From contig CAZVZU010000004.1 in NCBI GenBank assembly GCA_964631685.1, positions 65,249 to 129,248 on the forward strand: a stretch of DNA of 64,000 bases. The letters run 5' to 3'. Positions 52,733 to 61,903 of the stretch are shown piece after piece. A program made the translations under genes and the position numbers. The notes beneath the pieces were generated by a model that did no database searches, had not been told where the DNA came from, and saw nothing but the letters and a program-made list of their open reading frames with translations. Source of the stretch: an uncultured Actinomycetes bacterium (GTDB taxonomy: Bacteria > SZUA-79 > Acidulodesulfobacterales > Acidulodesulfobacteraceae). Position 1 is the first letter of the stretch, and the number at the start of each line of letters is the position of its first letter.

Positions 52733-53326
52733 ATGAGCGATAGTTCTAAATTTTTAGAAATATCCGATGATGATATCAGTGCGGCATTTAAAGAGATAAA
52801 GGCCTATATTGATATCTCACCGGAGGACTTCAAAACAATATATGTCCACGCGCTAAAACACGCAAAAAGTCGATTGTTTAGCGTTAAAGTAAACAATGTA
52901 ATGGTGAAAAATGTTATCACCATACCTAAAGAGTCCAGCATTAATGAGGCAATCCACCTATTGTCTACGGATAAGATATCTTGCCTGCCGGTTGTGGATA
53001 AAGACAATACAGTGTTAGGCATTGTAACTCGCAAGGATGTTATAGCAGCAACGGGTATTGTAGAAAATCACACTTTAAAGGATATAATGAGACATATTAC
53101 CGGCGTGCCTACTCCTCATCAAAATACTGTTTATACTAAGACAGTCAATGACATAATGTCATCTCCTGCCATAATCATTAATTCCGGCGCAGATATAAAG
53201 GATGCAGCAAATAAGTTAATTGATATGAGAATAAACAATCTGCCGGTTGTGGATGAAGACAATAAACTAGTAGGTGTCATATCTACCGGGGATATTGTCA
53301 ATAATACAGGAGGGATAAAATTATGA
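52733..53326 (+). CDS. CBS domain protein
   Basis: Two CBS repeats (ISCLPVVD...GIVTRKD; INNLPVVD...GVISTGD); strong RBS. Confidence 0.9.
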   Translation: MSDSSKFLEISDDDISAAFKEIKAYIDISPEDFKTIYVHALKHAKSRLFSVKVNNVMVKNVITIPKESSINEAIHLLSTDKISCLPVVDKDNTVLGIVTRKDVIAATGIVENHTLKDIMRHITGVPTPHQNTVYTKTVNDIMSSPAIIINSGADIKDAANKLIDMRINNLPVVDEDNKLVGVISTGDIVNNTGGIKL

Positions 53327-53862
53327 ATGAATATTTGCAGAAAATGAAAGGCGGGGGAACGCACCCCTCGGGCACTAATGTTCCAGAAGTTTTTTGGTCT
53401 GGGGTTGGTTCTTTTCTTGGTATTTTTGCATGCGGATACCTTTCGTTAGGCTATTTTACCCTACTTGACTTAACCTTACTAATAGGTTCATTTGGAGCTT
53501 CCGCCGTTCTCGTATACGCAGCAATAAAAAGTCCGCTTGCGCAACCGAGAAACCTTGTGGGCGGGCATATTCTATCAGGATTAGTTGGCGTAGCAAGTTA
53601 TCAGTTGTTTAGTTCCAATTTGGCCTTAGCTGCGGCACTTGCCGTGTCGGTTGCCATAATGGTAATGCTTGCAACCAAGACTTTGCATCCCCCCGGTGGA
53701 GCAACAGCACTTATCGCCGTAATCGGTGGCGCCCCCATACATAGGTTAGGATTTCTATATGCATTAATACCTGCCGGTCTCGGAGCGGTAGTTTTATTAA
53801 TAATAGCTCTTTTAGTAAATAACCTATCTGAAAATAGAAAATATCCTGAATACTGGCTTTAA
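53323..53862 (+). CDS. HPP-family membrane protein
   Basis: SFGASAVL, SPLAQPRN, LHPPGGATAL, YPEYW. Confidence 0.92.
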   Translation: MNEYLQKMKGGGTHPSGTNVPEVFWSGVGSFLGIFACGYLSLGYFTLLDLTLLIGSFGASAVLVYAAIKSPLAQPRNLVGGHILSGLVGVASYQLFSSNLALAAALAVSVAIMVMLATKTLHPPGGATALIAVIGGAPIHRLGFLYALIPAGLGAVVLLIIALLVNNLSENRKYPEYWL

Positions 53863-53871
53863 CGCCTTAAA

Positions 53872-53959
53872 TTGATTTGCCATACAAAATTGTCCATCAT
53901 TATCGGTGCACTTGTTAAAACGCACCGATAATGATGGACAATTTTGTATGGCAAATCAA
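53872..53959. repeat. Perfect 38-bp inverted repeat with 12-bp spacer
   Basis: TTGATTTGCCATACAAAATTGTCCATCATTATCGGTGC (53872-53909) and its exact reverse complement (53922-53959). Confidence 0.95.
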
Positions 53960-53977
53960 GCCTATTGAAAAAATATC

Positions 53978-54006
53978 TTGACAAAAAAGTAAACTTGTTA
54001 AATAAT
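53978..54006 (+). promoter_or_regulatory. Promoter for rplM-rpsI
   Basis: TTGACA-17 bp-AATAAT. Confidence 0.5.
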
Positions 54007-54080
54007 GGTATCTTTAGATTATATAAAATGTTGGTTGAACCATAATTGTATTGTATAGAATCTCAGGAGGGGTGGCGTAT

Positions 54081-54488
54081 ATGTCGGAAAGTAAATGGGT
54101 GTTAGTAGATGCAAAGGGCGTTAGCTTGGGAAGGGTTGCTAGCTTTATCGCCAACAAGCTAATGGGGAAGGATAAGCCTGACTGGACGCCTTATGCCGAC
54201 AATGGTGATTTCGTTGTTGTTGTTAACAGTGCTAAGGTCAAATTAACCGGCAAAAAGATGGATAAAAAGGAATATAATTTTCATAGTGAGTATCCAGGGG
54301 GGCTTAAGACTTTCAACTACAAGGATATGCTCAAGAAAAACCCTACATTTCCTGTTATGCAAGCCGTAAAGGGTATGCTTCCTAAAAATAAGCTTTCAAG
54401 CGCTCTTCTTAGAAAAATTAAGGTTTATCCGGGTGAGAATCATCCTCATATTGCACAACAGCCTGAAAAAATTGAAATGGTTAATTAA
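54081..54488 (+). CDS. rplM: 50S ribosomal protein L13
   Basis: WVLVDA, LGRVAS, GKDKP, GDFVVVVN, GMLPKN; AGGAGG RBS before ATG 54081. Confidence 0.96.
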   Translation: MSESKWVLVDAKGVSLGRVASFIANKLMGKDKPDWTPYADNGDFVVVVNSAKVKLTGKKMDKKEYNFHSEYPGGLKTFNYKDMLKKNPTFPVMQAVKGMLPKNKLSSALLRKIKVYPGENHPHIAQQPEKIEMVN

Positions 54489-54512
54489 ATATAAACAATA
54501 GGTATTTTGATT

Positions 54513-54908
54513 ATGACAAAAAAGAACATTATACATTCGGTCGGAAAAAGAAAAACAGGAGTAGCAAGGGTATATTTCAAAAAGGGATTAGGAAAGATTA
54601 TCGTTAATGGGAGAGATTTTAACGAATATTTTCCCATTGAACGTTCAAGAGTGAACGCTACTAAGGCGTTAACATTTTATCCAATAGAAGATAAATTTGA
54701 TATCTATGTTAATGTCAAGGGGGGCGGGGCTAGCGGACAGGCTGGTGCGATTAGGCTTGCTCTCGCAAAGGCTATCTTGTCGATCAGCCCTGATATGAAG
54801 GAATCTCTTGCAAAAGCCTCTCTGCTCACAAGTGACCCTAGGATGAAAGAAAGAAAGAAATATGGTCAAAAGGGTGCAAGAGCAAGATTCCAGTTTTCAA
54901 AAAGATAA
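54513..54908 (+). CDS. rpsI: 30S ribosomal protein S9
   Basis: GKRKT, GGGASGQAGA, ERKKYG, QFSKR. Confidence 0.97.
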   Translation: MTKKNIIHSVGKRKTGVARVYFKKGLGKIIVNGRDFNEYFPIERSRVNATKALTFYPIEDKFDIYVNVKGGGASGQAGAIRLALAKAILSISPDMKESLAKASLLTSDPRMKERKKYGQKGARARFQFSKR

Positions 54909-54914
54909 TTTTAT

Positions 54915-54946
54915 ATACATGGACGTTCTATTGGACGCCCATGTAT
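54915..54946 (+). terminator. Hairpin after rpsI
   Basis: ATACATGG...CCATGTAT stem with inner CGTTC/GGACG pairing; T-rich sequence shortly after. Confidence 0.5.
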
Positions 54947-54985
54947 CAATATTTTTAATTGGACTCGCGGTAATTCAAATATTTA

Positions 54986-56074
54986 ATGATAAATGTATCT
55001 GTTGTAGGCGCATCCGGTTATAGCGGTATTTACTTGATTCATGCTCTATCTTTAAGGCAGGATGTTACGCTTTCTAAAATAACATCAAGAAGTTTTTCCA
55101 ATAGGAAGATTTCTGATGTTTTTCCGGTATTTACAAAATTCAAAACTAAACAAAACAGTATTTCCGATTTATTATTCACGTCTTACGATGTTGACTCTAT
55201 TGCTTCGTCGTCGGATGTTGTCTTTTTTTGCCTGCCTCACGGTGAAAGTTCAAAGCTTATTTCGCACATCCTTAAGAAGAATAATAAAATCAAAATTATA
55301 GATATCGGGGCTGATTACAGATTTGACGACCTGGATATGTACGAAGAGTTTTATGGCAAGCGTAGTTTACATGATGACGAGTTAAACTCTATGTTTGTTT
55401 ACGGCCTGGGGGATGTTTTTTATGATAAAATAAAAAACTCGCAGTTCGTTGCAAACCCCGGATGCTACCCAACGGGAGCTCTTTTACCACTGCTTCCCAT
55501 TTTAGATATCGTAGATTCAAGCATGCTCATTATAATTGATGCACTGTCAGGAATCTCAGGCGCGGGCAGGATAGCAAGTTTGTCAAATATATTCTGTGAG
55601 GTAGAAAATTCAGTTAAGGCCTACAATGTGTGGTCACATAGGCATATGCCGGAAATCAGGGAAAAAATAATATCTGCTTTTTTACGCGATAATAAAAATC
55701 CTAATAAGGATAAACCGGCAATTTTATTCACCCCCCACATTATCCCTATTGAAAGGGGCATACTGACCACAATATATTTGAGATTAAAAAACAATATATC
55801 AAATAAGGATATCCTCGGCTTATACACTAATTTTTACAAGGACAGCCCGTTTGTCTCAATAATGGAAAGCGTTCAAAACTGTAATATTAAAAATGTAATT
55901 TATTCCAATAATTGCCATATCGCTTTCGAAAAAGGGGATGATGGACTTATAAAAATTTTCAGCGCCATAGACAACCTAGGCAAAGGTGCATCATTGCAAG
56001 CGCTTCAAAATATGAATCTTATGTTCGGGCTCGAGTCAGATTTCGGAATCAGTCCCTATTCGCCATTTCCGTAA
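54986..56074 (+). CDS. argC: N-acetyl-gamma-glutamyl-phosphate reductase
   Basis: GASGYSG, ANPGCYPT, SGISGAG, HRHMPEI, IDNLGKGA. Confidence 0.96.
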   Translation: MINVSVVGASGYSGIYLIHALSLRQDVTLSKITSRSFSNRKISDVFPVFTKFKTKQNSISDLLFTSYDVDSIASSSDVVFFCLPHGESSKLISHILKKNNKIKIIDIGADYRFDDLDMYEEFYGKRSLHDDELNSMFVYGLGDVFYDKIKNSQFVANPGCYPTGALLPLLPILDIVDSSMLIIIDALSGISGAGRIASLSNIFCEVENSVKAYNVWSHRHMPEIREKIISAFLRDNKNPNKDKPAILFTPHIIPIERGILTTIYLRLKNNISNKDILGLYTNFYKDSPFVSIMESVQNCNIKNVIYSNNCHIAFEKGDDGLIKIFSAIDNLGKGASLQALQNMNLMFGLESDFGISPYSPFP

Positions 56075-56090
56075 TGCAGACTTGCTATAT

Positions 56091-56600
56091 TCAGCACTTT
56101 ACCCCAGTTGATCTTCTATATAGTCCGCTTTTGCCTCCTTCTTTCTGGATGAGATATATTTCAGATATTTCAATGGACTTATCAACGGCTTTCAGCATAT
56201 CATAGATAGTCAAAGCAGCGATAGAGCAAGCCGTTAGCCCCTCCATCTCAACTCCTGTTCTTCCGGATATTTTAACGGTTGATATTATGGTTATAGAATT
56301 TTCTTCTTCATTCGGTTCAAAATTAATGTCGCAATTTTCTATGTTGAGCGGATGGCATAGCGGAATAAGTGATGATGTCTGTTTTGCCGCCATAATACCG
56401 GCAATTTTAGCCGTCCCGAATACATCTCCCTTCTTACCGCCTTTGCTCACTGCCAAGTCAAATGCAACCTTGGACATTGTCACCTTTGCATGTGCAAAAG
56501 CTATTCTAACCGTTTTTATTTTCTCGGACACATCAACCATTTTAGGCATTCCCTTTTCGTCAATGTGGGTCAATTTAATCTCTTTTTTCATGAGTGACAA
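56091..56600 (-). CDS. moaC: Cyclic pyranopterin monophosphate synthase MoaC
   Basis: MVDVSEK, KGDV, LIPLCHPL, TGVEME, IYDMLKAVD, GGKSG. Confidence 0.96.
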   Translation of the reverse strand: MSLMKKEIKLTHIDEKGMPKMVDVSEKIKTVRIAFAHAKVTMSKVAFDLAVSKGGKKGDVFGTAKIAGIMAAKQTSSLIPLCHPLNIENCDINFEPNEEENSITIISTVKISGRTGVEMEGLTACSIAALTIYDMLKAVDKSIEISEIYLIQKEGGKSGLYRRSTGVKC

Positions 56601-56664
56601 TCCTTTTTTAATTATCGTTAATTATTTATGGCCAAAACATGCAAAATATCGCATATATTTACTG

Positions 56665-57771
56665 CTAAGAATTATCATCTAACAAGATCCTTGCTTTTGA
56701 TATCTCATTTAAATGTTTTGCTTTATACATTCTAATGGCTCCAAAGCTACATATGTCCTTGCATAAATAACATCCTGTGCATAAAAATGGTTCCAGTAAT
56801 ATTTTATCTTTTTTATAACTTAAGGCACCGGTTGGACATAATTCCCAGCAATTTCCACAAAAAACACAATTTTTATTTAGTTTTGGGAGCCTTATGTTTA
56901 ACAATGAGACCAAATCTTTATTTTTTTTCAGAAAAAGAAAGATATCTTTTCGTTTCTCAATGAGAAGTCTATTGTGTTTTTTATCACCCTTATTGCCTAA
57001 ATCTATATAGTTTGAATAAATTTCCGCAAATGGTAAATCTTCTATAGATATATCCCGTGCAATCGTTTTGGCGCCATTTTTAATACCCTTAAAATAATTT
57101 TTAAAAAAATCCCTTCTCCCTAATGTTTCACTTTCATCGTCACAGTTATCATCAAAATCATCTGTTTTTAAGCTATCATCCTTTTCATTATAGTTGTCTT
57201 TTAAAGCTTCCATAAGTGGACTTACGTCAAACTCATTGATATTTATCTCTTTAAAATTTTCTTCCATATTCAAAAATTTAGCTGTTTCTCTAACCTTTTT
57301 TATGGTTTTACTATGAAAATATTTATATTGACACGATTTACAATCCTCCGTTATAAAAAATAAATTGTTTCCCTCTTTTAAATGGGTAATTATATCTAGC
57401 ATGTCCGCCTCATAGATACATGCAATTTTATTTTTATCGTCGATTGTTTCCGAGTTCGTTTTAGAACAAAAATAATATACGCTGTTATCAACCGTCAGTT
57501 GCTTTTTTGGCTCTTTATCATTTTTATGCTTTATGTCAAACACATAATTGGGACATATATAAAGACAGGCCTTGCAATGCGTGCATGTTTTTAAAATTTC
57601 CACCCCGTTATCCGAAATGTTTATTGCCAATTCAGGGCATCTCTCTATGCACTCATAACAGCTCGCCATAGGACTTTTCAGTCTTACGCAATAGTCTTGA
57701 TTAGTAGATATTTCACTGCCGTCATTATTTAAGAATTTTTCTAATATATTAAAGATGCTCAGAGGATTCAT
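56665..57771 (-). CDS. Multi-cluster 4Fe-4S protein
   Basis: Ferredoxin motifs at both termini (CTHCKACLYICP; CVFCGNCWELCP; CTGCYLCKDIC); internal GRRDFF. Confidence 0.8.
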   Translation of the reverse strand: MNPLSIFNILEKFLNNDGSEISTNQDYCVRLKSPMASCYECIERCPELAINISDNGVEILKTCTHCKACLYICPNYVFDIKHKNDKEPKKQLTVDNSVYYFCSKTNSETIDDKNKIACIYEADMLDIITHLKEGNNLFFITEDCKSCQYKYFHSKTIKKVRETAKFLNMEENFKEININEFDVSPLMEALKDNYNEKDDSLKTDDFDDNCDDESETLGRRDFFKNYFKGIKNGAKTIARDISIEDLPFAEIYSNYIDLGNKGDKKHNRLLIEKRKDIFLFLKKNKDLVSLLNIRLPKLNKNCVFCGNCWELCPTGALSYKKDKILLEPFLCTGCYLCKDICSFGAIRMYKAKHLNEISKARILLDDNS

Positions 57772-57786
57772 AATGCTTATATTCGA

Positions 57787-58314
57787 TTAAGTATTTATTA
57801 TTGTTTCTTCGATAAAATCTGCAATATTTTCTGCATAGTTTATGTCTATTTGTGGTACTTTCAGATTTTCGATAAAACTATCCCCGCAAATAAGAATTAG
57901 GTTTGGATCGTTTTTATATCTTGGCTCCATTTCCGAACTGACATCTTTTCTAAAAAGCCCTATTTTGGGTGTATTTAAGTCTTTAAATCCTTCTACTATT
58001 AGTAAATCTGAACCACTAAAAAATTTTACCGCCATATCCCTAATATCTTGTTGCGTTTCTACATCACTAAAAAATGCCATTTTTTTTTCTGAAAGAAGCA
58101 TAGTTGAAAATGCGCCGGCATTTTTGTGTCTCCATGAATCTTTTCCTTGTATATCGGCCTTAAAATCATGGTCGGTATGCTTTATCGATGACACCCTATA
58201 ACCCTTTGCCGTCAATATTTTTATGATTTTAACAATTAATGTGGTTTTACCAGTACCTGATTTTGCGATAAATGAAATAACTTTAGGGGTTTTCTTCTTT
58301 GTATAATTATACAT
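57787..58314 (-). CDS. mobB: Molybdopterin-guanine dinucleotide biosynthesis protein B
   Basis: SGTGKTT, IKH, GKDS, VEGFK. Confidence 0.93.
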   Translation of the reverse strand: MYNYTKKKTPKVISFIAKSGTGKTTLIVKIIKILTAKGYRVSSIKHTDHDFKADIQGKDSWRHKNAGAFSTMLLSEKKMAFFSDVETQQDIRDMAVKFFSGSDLLIVEGFKDLNTPKIGLFRKDVSSEMEPRYKNDPNLILICGDSFIENLKVPQIDINYAENIADFIEETIINT

Positions 58315-59278
58315 AATATTCCTCTTCTGTTACCAATTTTAAAATTCCTATCAATTCCTTTTCATTTTGGGCATTATTAACCCTGCACCTTAACTCTTTA
58401 GAACCTCTAAAACCCTTTAAGAAGTTGTATAGATGCGGCCTTATGAGCCTTGCCCCCCTTTCCTTACCGTAAAATATACCCATTTCATACATGAGCTCCG
58501 CAATTATATCCGTTTTTAGCTTGATATTGATATTTATTATACCGTCCTTCCTTAATAAATTTTTATATTCTTTAAATATCCAAGGACTACCGATTGCGCC
58601 TCTCGCAAATATAACACCGTCCGCATCGGTATAGTCTGTTATTCTTGTGGCATCACGCGCATCCAGAATATCTCCGCTTGCATATATAGGCACCGATATC
58701 GCGTGCTTAAGCCTTTTTGTTAGCGAGTGATCCGCTTGCCCTTTAAACATTAATAATCTTGTTCTAGGATGAAAAAATATAGCATCAACACCCATAGACT
58801 CGGCAATTTTACCTACTTCCATGAAGTTTATTGAACCCTCATTAAATCCGCTTCTGATTTTAATCGTAAAAATAGAGTCTTTGATTGTATGTCTTATAGC
58901 TTTAAGAATAAGGGATAATTTGTCTATGTCCCTTAAAAGCGCGCTGCCCGATCCTGTTTTAATAACCTTTTTGACGGGACAACCCATATTTAAATCGATT
59001 ACCCTGAAACCTATATCGGCCGCCTTTTTAGCGGCTTGAGACAGAATATCCGGACTGTTGCCAAAAAGCTGTATCCCTGTTTTTTCTACATCTTCACCAG
59101 ATTGAGCTAATTCCAGCGTAGCCCGTTCTCCTCTCAAAAAACCTATTGAACTAATCATTTCGGTAAAACAAAAATCCGCGCCATATTTTAACGCTATCTT
59201 TCTGAATGGAAACCCTGTTATACCCGCCATAGGGGCAAGAATAGATTCACCTATATCACATATATTGAATTTGGTCAT
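58307..59278 (-). CDS. dusB: tRNA-dihydrouridine synthase
   Basis: LAPMAG, TEM, QLFG, DLNMGCP, KIRSG, HPRT. Confidence 0.9.
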   Translation of the reverse strand: MTKFNICDIGESILAPMAGITGFPFRKIALKYGADFCFTEMISSIGFLRGERATLELAQSGEDVEKTGIQLFGNSPDILSQAAKKAADIGFRVIDLNMGCPVKKVIKTGSGSALLRDIDKLSLILKAIRHTIKDSIFTIKIRSGFNEGSINFMEVGKIAESMGVDAIFFHPRTRLLMFKGQADHSLTKRLKHAISVPIYASGDILDARDATRITDYTDADGVIFARGAIGSPWIFKEYKNLLRKDGIININIKLKTDIIAELMYEMGIFYGKERGARLIRPHLYNFLKGFRGSKELRCRVNNAQNEKELIGILKLVTEEEYYV

Positions 59279-59431
59279 CCCCTTTATTATAACAAATTTT
59301 TAATTTTTAAAATTTCATCAAATTGAAACAAATTCGTCATAAAACTGCAATACAAATATGATACATGTAGAGACTTCACGTCTTTTAAATTAAAAAGATT
59401 AATTCAATATAACCTATTATTAAGGGCGGTA

Positions 59432-59686
59432 ATGACTATGAAAAGAAACTCGACCAAGAACAGTAAAATAAAGAAGAGGCATAAGAGGTACCAAGAATTT
59501 ATCGATGAAATTAACGGAAGCCTAAAAGAAAAAAGGGATATCGAAGATCTGCTTAATCGCGTCGTAATACTAAAAGCGGAAGATGTGCTGAAAGAAATGC
59601 AAATAAAAGAGAAGAACAATGAAATCATGCGGCACTGCCATAAAAAAGTCAATGCCGCAAAACTTGTGTTAGACAAACAGAACTAA
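59432..59686 (+). CDS. Hypothetical small basic protein
   Basis: 84-aa ORF with purine-rich RBS filling an intergenic gap; no recognisable motif. Confidence 0.45.
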   Translation: MTMKRNSTKNSKIKKRHKRYQEFIDEINGSLKEKRDIEDLLNRVVILKAEDVLKEMQIKEKNNEIMRHCHKKVNAAKLVLDKQN

Positions 59687-59738
59687 CGCAATCGTCTAAT
59701 GACGACAAGATAAATCACGCATGTTCCGTATTATATTA

Positions 59739-59933
59739 CTATCTGTTTAGATTAAGAGCATAATTAAGATACTTCATGAACTCTTCTTTAGTGGGTAATT
59801 TCTTAACCCCTATATTGAAAATATTCCTCTTTTTCTCATACCATTTACTAAACTCTTCTTCCTTTATTCCACCAGCTTCCGTAAGCAATTTTTCCAATAT
59901 GTCCAAACCTTCTATATTATTACCCTCAGCCAT
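59739..59933 (-). CDS. Hypothetical small protein, last gene of the right-edge operon
   Basis: GGAG RBS at the end of the upstream gene, ATG at 59933. Confidence 0.55.
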   Translation of the reverse strand: MAEGNNIEGLDILEKLLTEAGGIKEEEFSKWYEKKRNIFNIGVKKLPTKEEFMKYLNYALNLNR

Positions 59934-59941
59934 TAGATCTA

Positions 59942-61294
59942 TTATCTCCAATTTGTTCTTGAAAACTCCGGTATATCTTCAGGGTCACTCTTTGCAGTAT
60001 AACCATCGTTCATGTTATATATTTTGAATTCATTATCTGTGACAAAAGAATATATATCTCCATTTAAAAATTCATCTTTGTATTCCATGCATTTTAGCCC
60101 TTGCCTTATTATGCCTGACAATATCCCGCTTCCGGAAATATCTCCGAGTAAAATTGCCCCAACTAAAACATCGCCATCATAAACGAACTTTCTGTATATA
60201 TTTTCTCCGTCTTGAAAAACATAAACCTTCTGAGTCGGACTCTGTTTGCCATCCTTATCGCGGGCAGGATTCGTGAGCCCTATCGTTACAATGGGTAATC
60301 CATAAATCTCAACCGAGTTCAGCCCCATTCCGCCAGGATATTCCCTATGAACCCCCGCCATGTTTGTACCTGCAACCCTTCCTTCCTCACATGCAAGCGG
60401 AACGATAGCAATAATATTAGGGCGCTTATTGATGATATCATAAATAACGGCTGCATCCCCGCCGGCATAAATATCTTGCACACTTGTCATCATTGTTTTA
60501 TCTACGATAATACCCCTGTCTATTTTTACGCCGCTCCCCTCAAGAAAACCTACATTCGGTCTAACACCCACCCCAACTATAATTATATCGGCAACAAGCT
60601 CTCTTCCGCTTTTTAAAATTACGCTTGTGGGGTTTCCTGACTCATCCAGATTAATTTTCGTTACTGTTTCACCGGTTGCGGTATCTATTCCATTCTCTTT
60701 TAATTTTTTTGCCGTTATGTCTCCGGATATTTCATCTAACGCCAAACCTAAAACACGCGGTAAAAGCTCGACTATAGTAACATGAAGACCGAGCGCCCTT
60801 AAGCCCTCAGATGCCTTTAGCCCTATAAGTCCACCGCCAACTACAATAGCTTCCTTATGCTTTGCATTTTTAGCCGCCTGTTCAATCTTTTTCGCATCAT
60901 CGAACCTTGTAAATGTTCCCATCATCGAAGATTGAGGATTAAACCCCTCAGTCGGCGGAATAAATGGGGTTCCACCCGGACCCACGAACAGCTTATCATA
61001 ATCGATCTTGGTTCCGTCTTCAATGATAACCCGCTTTGTAGCTGTATCCACAGAAACCACGGTTTTGCCCAGTATCAGCTTAAAATTGTTCTTTTCATAA
61101 TAGTCGTCATCTTTATACCAAATAGTTTCATCAGTCGTCTTTCCTTCCAAGTAATAAGAAATTAACGGCCTTGCATATGCCTTATAGTTCTCATCGGATA
61201 TAATCGTAACATCTCCCGCTTTATCGAACCTTCTTATAGCATCAGCGCATGATAATCCTGCGTATGAATTTCCAATAATAACATATTTCATCAT
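59942..61294 (-). CDS. FAD-dependent NAD(P)H oxidoreductase (NirB N-terminal/rubredoxin reductase-like)
   Basis: YVIIGNS, YARPLISY, GGGLIG, GVGVRPN, IYAGGD, EEGRVAGTNMAG. Confidence 0.88.
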   Translation of the reverse strand: MMKYVIIGNSYAGLSCADAIRRFDKAGDVTIISDENYKAYARPLISYYLEGKTTDETIWYKDDDYYEKNNFKLILGKTVVSVDTATKRVIIEDGTKIDYDKLFVGPGGTPFIPPTEGFNPQSSMMGTFTRFDDAKKIEQAAKNAKHKEAIVVGGGLIGLKASEGLRALGLHVTIVELLPRVLGLALDEISGDITAKKLKENGIDTATGETVTKINLDESGNPTSVILKSGRELVADIIIVGVGVRPNVGFLEGSGVKIDRGIIVDKTMMTSVQDIYAGGDAAVIYDIINKRPNIIAIVPLACEEGRVAGTNMAGVHREYPGGMGLNSVEIYGLPIVTIGLTNPARDKDGKQSPTQKVYVFQDGENIYRKFVYDGDVLVGAILLGDISGSGILSGIIRQGLKCMEYKDEFLNGDIYSFVTDNEFKIYNMNDGYTAKSDPEDIPEFSRTNWR

Positions 61295-61306
61295 CTAATC
61301 CCCTTT

Positions 61307-61861
61307 TTATCCTTTTATGTTGGATTTTATATATGGACCGTATACTTTTTTTGCGACCATAAGCCTTCTTTCATATGAATAGTTTTTAATTCCAATTCGC
61401 TTTAGCGCCCCTTTCTTGCACGCCTCTACGCATTTGGGTATTTTTTCATCCACGCATCCGTCACACTTTGAAGCATAATGATCTTTCTCTATTCTTTCTA
61501 TCGCTCCAAATGGACAGGACATCACGCACATCCAGCAACCAACACATTTTTTATAATTAGTGACGGTCCAGCCCGTCTCAATATCCCTATACCTCGCACC
61601 CGGCATGCATGCGTCCGCGCACGGCGCTTCATCGCAATTGTGGCACATCGTGGGAAAAAATTTACCCGCCTTTTTCTTTATGCTAATCCTCGGCGCTCCA
61701 TATTTAGACCCGTATTTTTTCTTCATCTGCGTTTCGCATGCCTTAACGCAAGCCATAAACTCTTCTCCCTCACAACCATCGCATTTTGAAGGATAAAGCA
61801 TTATTTCTATCTGATTTTTCTTGAGATCGTCTTTAAGATTAGTAAGCTTATTTTTATTCAT
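61307..61861 (-). CDS. 4Fe-4S dicluster electron-transfer protein (CooF/DmsB-like)
   Basis: CHNCDEAPCADAC, CVGCWMCVMSCPFG, KCDGC...CVEAC. Confidence 0.88.
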   Translation of the reverse strand: MNKNKLTNLKDDLKKNQIEIMLYPSKCDGCEGEEFMACVKACETQMKKKYGSKYGAPRISIKKKAGKFFPTMCHNCDEAPCADACMPGARYRDIETGWTVTNYKKCVGCWMCVMSCPFGAIERIEKDHYASKCDGCVDEKIPKCVEACKKGALKRIGIKNYSYERRLMVAKKVYGPYIKSNIKG

Positions 61862-61903
61862 AAAAACCTCTTTATTTATTTGCGATTAACCGTAACCTTA
61901 ATA

